Assembly (NCBI GenBank): GCA_027451665.1
Contig: DAIDIW010000001.1
Coordinates: 159,773 to 223,772, forward strand
DNA length: 64,000 nucleotides
From: Candidatus Kaiserbacteria bacterium
Lineage (GTDB): Bacteria > Patescibacteriota > Minisyncoccia > Phycocordibacterales > Phycocordibacteraceae
Reading direction: 5' to 3'
Of this stretch, positions 56,586-64,000 are shown piece after piece. Made by a program: the position numbers and the translations under genes. The notes beneath the pieces are model-generated. The model had not been told where the DNA came from. It ran no database searches and worked only from the letters and a program-made list of their open reading frames with translations. How positions within the stretch are numbered: the first letter of the stretch is position 1; every line of letters starts with the position of its first letter.

Positions 56586-57152
56586 TCATACGGAGGCGTT
56601 CTTTTTTCCGCTCACGAACGGATTGCCTTTGATATAAAAACGCCAGGGAAGCTCTACGCCTTGGCTGATGCCGATGCGACCAGAGGTGGCGATGTCATTC
56701 TTCGCGATCTCTGCCGCGTCATAGATCGCGAAGTCGCCTCCCACAGGCCGCACATTCTCGTGGCCCGTCACGCCGAATGCCTGGCAGAACTTTGCAGGGC
56801 CATTGCATAGATTCCGCGCGGCGTCCGTCTTCCGTCGTCGTTTCATGACGTCGATCCCTTCGACGGGCTCGACGGCGCGGATAAGCACGGCGCCTGCGGT
56901 GCCCTTATTCGTCGTTACGTTCGCGCACCAATGCATGCCGTACGTGAAGTAGACGTACCAGTGGCCGTGGGTCTCGAGCATGGGGAGCGAGCGCTTCGTC
57001 ACCTTATACGCGTGCGATGCGGGATCGTTCGCGTAGGCCTCGGTCTCGACGATGATGCCTGAGCAGCTTCCTTTCTTCACCACCTTGCCGAGAAGCTTCG
57101 GCGCGAGCGTGACGGCATCGCCCTCGAACCATTTCTGGGGCAAGGATTTCAT
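56586..57152 (-). CDS. 3-methyladenine DNA glycosylase (MPG/AAG family)
   Basis: IIVETEAY, YVYFTYGMHWC, AVLIRA, NGPAK, RIGIS, WRFY. Confidence 0.93.
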   Translation of the reverse strand: MKSLPQKWFEGDAVTLAPKLLGKVVKKGSCSGIIVETEAYANDPASHAYKVTKRSLPMLETHGHWYVYFTYGMHWCANVTTNKGTAGAVLIRAVEPVEGIDVMKRRRKTDAARNLCNGPAKFCQAFGVTGHENVRPVGGDFAIYDAAEIAKNDIATSGRIGISQGVELPWRFYIKGNPFVSGKKNASV

Positions 57153-57213
57153 TTTGGATAGCATAGAAGGAACCGGCATGTATAGGCAATCCACCCCTAT
57201 AGGCTGGGAAGAA

Positions 57214-57245
57214 TAGAGAAGCCCAGCGTACGCGGGGCTTCTCTA
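57214..57245 (-). terminator. Terminator after tmRNA
   Basis: TAGAGAAGCCC..GGGCTTCTCTA inverted repeat. Confidence 0.7.
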
Positions 57246-57255
57246 GTGAATTATG

Positions 57256-57666
57256 TGGAGGTGCGGGGAATCGAACCCCGGTCCGGATCTATCAGAGAAA
57301 GCGAGTCTACGACGCATAGTCCCCGTTAGGTATTCCGCTTAGATGCGAGGAACGGGAACGAAACCATTCTAAGCGTAGCCCTAAGGTTCAGCTGCGGATC
57401 GGGCGGTCCGCGACCTAGCTCACAGGAGATTCCGCCAGGCTCCCGCGCTGTGGGCGCCGGAAGGGAGCTGACGTCGCGCTAAGCGAAACCGGTCAAAAGC
57501 GGTTTACGCGTAGGCGAACGTGAAGTCGTTAGCCGTAAAGTACGGCGACGTCACGCTTGCAAGAGTGTTCTTGGCAAGTTTTGTGCCTCGCAGATTAAGG
57601 TGTCGGCGAGACATGCACCGCGTCGCACGTCTTTCAATGAGCAGACCGTCAAAGCCGGTCACCCCC
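57256..57666 (-). ncRNA. ssrA: tmRNA
   Basis: 5' GGGGGTG pairs with 3' CACCTCC-A (G3.U); T-arm CGGGG-TTCGATT-CCCCG; tag ORF 57575-57504; next to smpB. Confidence 0.95.
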
Positions 57667-57728
57667 GAAGAGCACAGGAGACGTATAAATAGTGAAAATG
57701 TCTTCCGTGCTCTTCGGGGCTGATCGAA

Positions 57729-58175
57729 TCAGCGGTTCTTTAAGAGCCGCTCGGTCTCGCGTGAAGCGTCGCGCTTCTTCAAATCCTCGCGGCGATCGGC
57801 TTTGCCTTTGCCGCGTACGATCGCGACGCGAACCTTGAGATGCCGCCCAGCAGTATACACCTCAAAAGGCACAGTTGTCAACCCCTTCTTGCTCTCCGCG
57901 TCCGCGAGCAGCGCGATTTCCTTCTTATTGAGGAGGAGCTTGCGCGGCGCTTCGGCGTCGTAGTCCTTTCGCGCGTTCGATGCCTGGTAGGCGGGGATGG
58001 TCATGCCGGTAAGGAACGCCTCGCCGCCGCGCACGATGACCCGCGAACCCTCCATGCTCCCGAGCTTGTTCCGGAGCGCCTTCACTTCCTGGCCGGACAG
58101 CACGATACCCGCCGCGAATGTCTCGAGGGCGGCGTACTTCAGATGAGCTTTCTTATTCTCGACCAGGGTGGCCAT
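57729..58175 (-). CDS. smpB: SsrA-binding protein
   Basis: ENKKA, AGIVLSGQEVKALR, RKLLLNKKEI, RGKGKADRRE. Confidence 0.95.
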   Translation of the reverse strand: MATLVENKKAHLKYAALETFAAGIVLSGQEVKALRNKLGSMEGSRVIVRGGEAFLTGMTIPAYQASNARKDYDAEAPRKLLLNKKEIALLADAESKKGLTTVPFEVYTAGRHLKVRVAIVRGKGKADRREDLKKRDASRETERLLKNR

Positions 58176-58190
58176 GAACGCGACTATACA

Positions 58191-59030
58191 CTATGAATGC
58201 GTAATACCGAGGAACGCTTCGATCTCCGTGCGCTTCCCGAGCAGGTCGTCGACGCCCATGTTGTAGGCCTCAGCGACCTTGCGGCGTACGCGCGTGAAGA
58301 TGCTCGTGGGAAGCGGATAGGTGGGCGAAATGACGAGGATGTCGACGTCCGCGGGCAGGTGGTCCCATTCGGCACGCGTGATGTCCTTCATGACCAGGTG
58401 GCGGACCATGGGCGGCGCAAAGAGCGCATACAGTCGAGTGAACCATTCCTCGATGGGCGGCAGCGCAGTCGCATTCGCGATGACTAGGATCTTCGTCGCG
58501 CCTTCCTTTCGCGCCTTCCGGATGAGGTCTGCGACCGAGAGCGAGATGTCGCCGTCGATGTAGCGTTTGCCTCCGAGCCGAACGGCGCTGTTATAGAGGA
58601 ACGGTATAGCCTTTGCTGCGCGCATGATCTCATACGGCTCAAACCACAGGTCGTTTGTCGCATAGTCCGTCTCGCCGGTCTCCAGATTCGTGATGGGGAC
58701 GAACCAACGCGTCTTCGTCCGCGCGAGCGCATCGTGCGAGAGTGGGAGGTCGCGCCGCAAAATCGTGTCTACCACGTAGTCGAGTCGCAGCCGAGGCGGG
58801 AAGATGCCCACGATCTCCGGGGAGGGGATGTAGCGGAGCCACACTTTTGCGATGTCCTCATATTGTTTGGTGAGGTAATAGAACATGGCGCCGACCGAGC
58901 CGGATGCGGATATGAAGATATCGGGTTCGACGTACTTGAGTCGGGTTGCGAGCGTGACAAGCGCGCCGGCAGCATAGGCGCACTTCATACCCCCTCCGGA
59001 CGTGACGATGGCAATCCGTTCCTCAGGCAT
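58191..59030 (-). CDS. Patatin-like phospholipase
   Basis: SGGGMK..Y.AG; degenerate nucleophile elbow SASGS; YIDGD. Confidence 0.75.
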   Translation of the reverse strand: MPEERIAIVTSGGGMKCAYAAGALVTLATRLKYVEPDIFISASGSVGAMFYYLTKQYEDIAKVWLRYIPSPEIVGIFPPRLRLDYVVDTILRRDLPLSHDALARTKTRWFVPITNLETGETDYATNDLWFEPYEIMRAAKAIPFLYNSAVRLGGKRYIDGDISLSVADLIRKARKEGATKILVIANATALPPIEEWFTRLYALFAPPMVRHLVMKDITRAEWDHLPADVDILVISPTYPLPTSIFTRVRRKVAEAYNMGVDDLLGKRTEIEAFLGITHS

Positions 59031-59088
59031 TATCTAGAGTATAGCGGCAAAAATAGTGCATTCTCGCTTACTTTTGTATAATCACCTC

Positions 59089-61065
59089 ATGCCTGCACCG
59101 CGCAAGCCCCGGAATCCGGGCAGCACTGATCCGAAGAACCGGAAGAAGAACGGGAAAGGTCCTGGATGGCGCCCGTTCTTTGGCGGACCTACGTTCTTTA
59201 GCAACCTGGTGACGACCATTGTCATCTTCCTGCTCCTCATGAGTGCCTATTCGCTCGCCGTGAGCTTCTCGCAGCCGTCGAACGTGATCCCGTTCTCGCA
59301 AGTGGCGAGCGACGTCGCATCCGGCAAGGTGCAATCGATCGACGTATCGGGCGATTCGCTCAGCCTCACATACGTAAATGGCGCGACGAAGACGTCACGG
59401 AAAGATTCATCTTCGGACCTCACGAGCGAGCTCGCCAATTACGGCGTCACGCCCGCAGAGCTCTCAAAGGTCGCCGTGACCATAGAAGGACAGGGCGGCC
59501 TCTCGTTCTGGCTCATCACGCTCGGACCGACGCTCCTCGGCTTTATCTTCATCGGGCTTCTGTTCTGGTTTCTTATGCGTCAGGTTCGCGGCGCGGGCGT
59601 CCAGGCGTTCTCCTTTGGACAATCGAAAGCGCGCATGATCGATCCGGCAGACCTGTCCCAGCGCGTTACCTTCAAGGATGTCGCAGGGGCCAAGGAGGCG
59701 AAGGAAGAGCTTGTCGAGATCGTGGACTTTCTCAAGAATCCGAAGAAGTTCCTCGATATCGGGGCACGCATCCCGAAGGGTATCATCCTCATGGGCGCGC
59801 CGGGTACCGGGAAGACCTTGCTCGCCCGCGCGGTTGCCGGGGAGGCGGGCGTGCCGTTCTTCTCCATTTCGGGTTCCGAGTTCGTGGAGATGTTCGTTGG
59901 CATCGGCGCTTCGCGCGTGCGCGATCTCTTCCAGATGGCTAAGCGCGCTGCGCCGGCCATCATCTTCGTGGACGAGATCGATGCGGTTGGTCGCGTACGC
60001 GGTACGGGTGTCGGCGGCGGTAATGATGAGCGCGAACAAACCCTCAATCAGATCCTCGTCGAGATGGACGGTTTCGAGCCGAATGAGAAGGTTATCGTCA
60101 TGGCCGCGACGAACCGGCCGGATGTGCTTGATCCTGCGCTCCTGCGCCCGGGACGCTTCGATCGCCGGGTTACGATCGACCTGCCGGATCGCTCCGATCG
60201 CGAGGCGATATTGAACGTGCACGCGAAGGCGAAGCCGCTCGGTCCGGACGTGAAGCTTTCAGTCATCGCGGAACGTACCCCCGGCTTCTCAGGCGCCGAG
60301 CTCTACTCGCTCATGAACGAAGCGGCGATCCTCGCCGCGCGTGAGAACCGCAAGGAGATCACGCAGTACGATCTCATCCGCTCGATCGAGAAGGTCATGC
60401 TCGGTCCGGAGCGCAAATCGCATCTCCTCACGAAGAAGGAAAAGGAGCTGACTGCGTACCACGAGGCGGGTCACGCCCTCGTTTCTTCAATACTACCCTT
60501 TGCGGATCCGGTGCATAAAGTCTCCATCATCAGCCGCGGCCGTGCGGCAGGATACACGCTCAAGCTTCCGTTCGAGGACAAGAAGATGCAGTCGAGGAAG
60601 CAGTTCTATGATGACATCGCGGCGACCCTGGGCGGCTATGTCGCCGAGGAGATGCTCTTCGACGATCTCACGACCGGACCTTCGAACGACCTCGCGGTCA
60701 TCACGAATATAGCTCGCAATATGGTGGCACGGTTCGGCATGAGCGAGAAGCTTGGGCCGATCGCCTTCGGCACGCGCGAGATGGGTAATGAGCCCTATTC
60801 AGAGAAGGTGGCCGCAGAAATCGATGCCGAAGTCTCTCGCATCATCGACACGCAGATGAAACGGGCGCGCACGGTGCTCGAGGATCATCGTGGTGCGCTC
60901 GATTCCATCGCGAAGACGCTTGTCGAAAAGGAGACTATTGAACGTGAAGATTTCGAGAAGCTGCTCATCCTGAACGGTATCGAACCGAAGAAGCCCGACG
61001 AGGATATTGTGCAGCCCGCTGTCGTCATCGCTCCGGACGCTGACAAGCCGCACGGCATCGACTAG
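59089..61065 (+). CDS. ftsH: ATP-dependent zinc metalloprotease FtsH
   Basis: 2 TM; GAPGTGKT; DEIDAVG; [12 protein letters not shown]; HEAGH. Confidence 0.97.
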   Translation: MPAPRKPRNPGSTDPKNRKKNGKGPGWRPFFGGPTFFSNLVTTIVIFLLLMSAYSLAVSFSQPSNVIPFSQVASDVASGKVQSIDVSGDSLSLTYVNGATKTSRKDSSSDLTSELANYGVTPAELSKVAVTIEGQGGLSFWLITLGPTLLGFIFIGLLFWFLMRQVRGAGVQAFSFGQSKARMIDPADLSQRVTFKDVAGAKEAKEELVEIVDFLKNPKKFLDIGARIPKGIILMGAPGTGKTLLARAVAGEAGVPFFSISGSEFVEMFVGIGASRVRDLFQMAKRAAPAIIFVDEIDAVGRVRGTGVGGGNDEREQTLNQILVEMDGFEPNEKVIVMAATNRPDVLDPALLRPGRFDRRVTIDLPDRSDREAILNVHAKAKPLGPDVKLSVIAERTPGFSGAELYSLMNEAAILAARENRKEITQYDLIRSIEKVMLGPERKSHLLTKKEKELTAYHEAGHALVSSILPFADPVHKVSIISRGRAAGYTLKLPFEDKKMQSRKQFYDDIAATLGGYVAEEMLFDDLTTGPSNDLAVITNIARNMVARFGMSEKLGPIAFGTREMGNEPYSEKVAAEIDAEVSRIIDTQMKRARTVLEDHRGALDSIAKTLVEKETIEREDFEKLLILNGIEPKKPDEDIVQPAVVIAPDADKPHGID

Positions 61066-61120
61066 GCTTCTCAGGTGCTATACTGGAATCCTGGAACGCA
61101 CCTAAGAGAGGAGTAGAGCG

Positions 61121-61447
61121 ATGTCTCAATCAGAAGAAGGTATCTTGCTGCCTATCGAGTGGCTCAAGAATGCGCGGCCGTTCAAGCCGTGTGCCCGTTT
61201 CATACCGCCCATGAATCAGCTGACGCTGCTCAACGAGGACGCACCGTATCGTTCCCGGGAGTTCGGGCAATTTGCCATCCTGTACGCACCGGATGAGCTA
61301 CAATCCGTAGGCGTGCATGTGTTCAATGCGCACGCGCTCATAGCGTCGTCCGTTCATGAAGCGCTCACTCCGGGAGAACTCGCCTGCGCGTGCGTACGCT
61401 CGCTCCGCAATCGAGTCAAGCGACGCATATCAAGATGTTTCCGTTGA
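61121..61447 (+). CDS. Hypothetical protein
   Basis: TGcTATACT promoter, GAGGAG SD, downstream hairpin. Confidence 0.5.
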   Translation: MSQSEEGILLPIEWLKNARPFKPCARFIPPMNQLTLLNEDAPYRSREFGQFAILYAPDELQSVGVHVFNAHALIASSVHEALTPGELACACVRSLRNRVKRRISRCFR

Positions 61448-61537
61448 ACATCGTGCAAACGGGCGCTCCGCGAGCGCTCGTTTGTTCTTTCGCGTGTGGC
61501 GTGCGAGGAACGCGCAACCAGTGTAGATTTAGGTAAT

Positions 61538-61611
61538 CCGCCCTTAGCTCAGCTGGTTAGAGCACGGAGCTTATACCTCCGGGGTCCTTGGTTCGAGTCC
61601 AAGAGGGCGGA
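61538..61611 (+). tRNA. tRNA-Ile(TAT)
   Basis: Acceptor CCGCCCT/AGGGCGG; CGGAG-CTTATAC-CTCCG with anticodon TAT at 61572-61574; GGTTCGA T-loop. Confidence 0.9.
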
Positions 61612-61616
61612 CTTGG

Positions 61617-61648
61617 AACATGCCCCGCCGATTTTGGCGGGGCATGTT
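61617..61648. terminator. Hairpin terminator after tRNA-Ile
   Basis: AACATGCCCCGCC..GGCGGGGCATGTT. Confidence 0.7.
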
Positions 61649-61661
61649 GGTCCGGAAGCAT

Positions 61662-62123
61662 TCAGCGCGACCGGTATTCGGAAAGGAACGGATTATGTCC
61701 TTGCATGAGGTCTTCCTTGAGCATGAGGAGTGTGTGTCCCCGTCGACGCTCGACTGAAATCCGTATCGAGAGCGCGTCGACGCGCGGTACGTCCGCGTGT
61801 TCGGCGGTAGTGATGCCAAGCACCACGATACCGCGCTGGTTTGCGAACAGGCGTTCGCTTTCATGCTCGTGATATGGCTGCAGCAGCACTGAGCCTTCGC
61901 CCGGTGCGAGGGCGATCCGGGCAGCGGCCACTTCGCAGAGGCCGTACCGAAGGCTCAAGAGTGCAGTGGACAGATTCGAGGCGGAGATGAGGAGATCTTC
62001 GGCAGGTACCCATAGGTGGTACCACGTGGTGAGAATTCCTGTGCTCGCGTTCGCCTCCACGGAAAATGAAAATTGACGACGGATGACCGAGTGGCCAATC
62101 GGTACGGCAGCACGTTCTTCCAT
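61662..62123 (-). CDS. Hypothetical protein
   Basis: 153-aa ORF with GGGGA before ATG; no motif recognised. Confidence 0.4.
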   Translation of the reverse strand: MEERAAVPIGHSVIRRQFSFSVEANASTGILTTWYHLWVPAEDLLISASNLSTALLSLRYGLCEVAAARIALAPGEGSVLLQPYHEHESERLFANQRGIVVLGITTAEHADVPRVDALSIRISVERRRGHTLLMLKEDLMQGHNPFLSEYRSR

Positions 62124-62178
62124 GGCAAGTCCCCCAACGTTTCTAAATGAAGTCTAGCACCATGCGCGCTGTATGGGA

Positions 62179-64000
62179 TTACTCAAGGTGGAGCGACGCG
62201 CCAGCACCCCGTGCTCGCGAAGCGAGCACGGGGTGCTTCGCGAGCTTCGGATCCGCATCGAGTAGCCGCGCGGCCTCAGTACGTGCGGCTTCCACCATGC
62301 GGATGTTCTTCAGCGCTTCCATCGCGATATCGGAAACGCCCCATTGACGGGAGCCGGCGAGTTCTCCCGCGCCCCGAAGCGCGAGATCGTACTCTGCGAG
62401 CTCAAAGCCGTCCTTAGCTTCCTTGAACGCCTTCATCCGTTCGTGTGTCGTCTGTCCGGATGATTCCGGGAGCGCGAAGCAATACGCCTGGTGCGTGGAG
62501 CGGATGACGCGGCCGCGTAGCTGATGGAGCTGCGAGAGCCCAAAGCGTTCGGCACCCTCGATGAGGATAACCGTCGCATTCGGCACGTTTACGCCGACCT
62601 CGACCACCGAGGTGGCGACGAGGATATCTACCAGTCCTCCGGCGAAGGCTTGCATCGACGCCTCTTTCTCAGCCGGTTTCATCTTGCTATGCAGGATGCC
62701 GATCGTCGCGGTCGGGAAAACCTCCTTCTTCAGACGTTCGGCCTCCGCCTTCACGCTCTTTGCCTGGAGCGCAAGTTCCTTTGTAGGATCCGGCTCATCG
62801 ATCCGCGGGCAGATGACGTAGGCCTGCCGGCCCTGCGCGAGCTCTTCGCGTACGCGCGCGTACGCCTCTTCGCGCCGGTCCTTCGCGAGGACCTCGGTGC
62901 GGATGGGTTTGCGGCCTGCGGGCATCTCGTCGAGTACCGTAAGGTCGAGATCACCGTAGATCGTGAGGGCCAAGGTACGGGGTATCGGCGTCGCCGACAT
63001 TGAGAGCAAATGGGGAGCCACGGTATCTTTCGTGACGAGCTTTTGCCTGTGGACGGTGCCGAACCGATGCTGCTCGTCGATGATCGCGTAGGCGAGATGC
63101 TTAAATGCGAGCGATCGCTCGATAAGCGCATGCGTGCCGATAACGATGGGGATGGTTCCGTCGAGAATGCGCTTGCGGAATGCCGCCTTCGAGATCTTCG
63201 CTGACTCTTCGTAGCGGACCTTCGACGGAAATACGCGACATTCGTTGCCGGTTACGAGCCCAATCGGTATGGGATGGTCCCGGAAGTACGAGACGAACGT
63301 AGAGAAATGCTGCTTTGCAAGTATTTCGGTCGGTACGAGGTACGCGACTTGCAGAGTTCCGGCGATGCGGCCGGGCGGCGTTGAGGTCGCCACGAGATAG
63401 CTGGTCGCGGCCGCGACTGCGGTTTTGCCGCTGCCTACATCACCCTCGAGGAGCCGCAGCATGGGATGTGCCTTCTCAAAATCGGTGACTATTGCGTCGA
63501 TAGCGCGCGTCTGCGCGCGCGTCGGCGGGAAAGGGAACGAATCGATGAAGCTCCGGAGCGCAGCGCGGTCGACCGCGACCGGCAACGCTTTCTCCTCGAC
63601 AATCTCTCGCCGGCGTTTCTGCACCGCGAGCTGGAGCGCGAAGATCTCCTCGAACGCGAAGCGCTTGCGCGCTGTCTGCGCGTCGTCAGTCTTGCGCGGT
63701 GCATGTATCCAGACGAGCGCGCTCTGGAGCGATGGCAGCCTATATCGCTCGAGGATTTCGGACGGTATCGGATCCTCGAGCTGCTCATGAGCGTGCGCTT
63801 CAAATACCTTCCGCAGCGCATGGAAAAACCAGAGCGAGGAGATGCCCTGGCTTTCCGGATACACGGGATACAGCGTATCGATCGATTTGCCCGACGCATG
63901 GGTGAACAAAGTCTCGTGCACATCCTCGGGAGCGACGGCGGCACGGTCAATGTCAGGGTTCGCGATATAAGGCGCCTCGGCTGAACCGGTAACCCGCCCG
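62179..64000 (-). CDS. recG: ATP-dependent DNA helicase RecG (5' part beyond window)
   Basis: RLLEGDVGSGKT, IIDEQHRFG, MSATPIPRTL, QLHQLRGRV, LRGAGEL; frame open to window edge. Confidence 0.96.
   Translation of the reverse strand, partial: GRVTGSAEAPYIANPDIDRAAVAPEDVHETLFTHASGKSIDTLYPVYPESQGISSLWFFHALRKVFEAHAHEQLEDPIPSEILERYRLPSLQSALVWIHAPRKTDDAQTARKRFAFEEIFALQLAVQKRRREIVEEKALPVAVDRAALRSFIDSFPFPPTRAQTRAIDAIVTDFEKAHPMLRLLEGDVGSGKTAVAAATSYLVATSTPPGRIAGTLQVAYLVPTEILAKQHFSTFVSYFRDHPIPIGLVTGNECRVFPSKVRYEESAKISKAAFRKRILDGTIPIVIGTHALIERSLAFKHLAYAIIDEQHRFGTVHRQKLVTKDTVAPHLLSMSATPIPRTLALTIYGDLDLTVLDEMPAGRKPIRTEVLAKDRREEAYARVREELAQGRQAYVICPRIDEPDPTKELALQAKSVKAEAERLKKEVFPTATIGILHSKMKPAEKEASMQAFAGGLVDILVATSVVEVGVNVPNATVILIEGAERFGLSQLHQLRGRVIRSTHQAYCFALPESSGQTTHERMKAFKEAKDGFELAEYDLALRGAGELAGSRQWGVSDIAMEALKNIRMVEAARTEAARLLDADPKLAKHPVLASRARGAGASLHLE

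Overview
A GC-rich, gene-dense bacterial chromosomal segment read in the standard code. The gene content suggests a Patescibacteria/CPR (Parcubacteria-like) genome; this is inference from the shortened RF2, the many peptidoglycan-binding surface proteins and tRNA-Ile(UAU). Housekeeping genes are prfB, ftsE/ftsX, pyrG, msrA/msrB, typA, cfa, smpB with tmRNA, ftsH, a partial recG and six tRNAs. Accessory content includes a flavinylation/RnfD-like electron-transfer module, a 1.6-kaa beta-helix surface protein, a sugar-scavenging operon and a decaying lower-GC islet after tRNA-Gln. The top candidate novel system is a lower-GC five-gene cassette (14326-20599). It encodes a PLP aminotransferase, a PaaK-like adenylating enzyme, an Acg-type nitroreductase, an Rv1355c-type ThiF enzyme and a 7TM histidine kinase, and looks like an oxazolone-type small-molecule synthesis plus sensing module. 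Other leads are an S41 protease with a J-like domain in place of PDZ, a probable uncharacterised ncRNA before prfB, a shared 'LTxSQV...AAL' surface-protein motif, an A[ST][ST][ST] motif pervasive in exported proteins, and widespread leaderless gene starts. All calls are by eye from motifs; no searches were run. Several start codons were moved downstream of the ORF-track starts.
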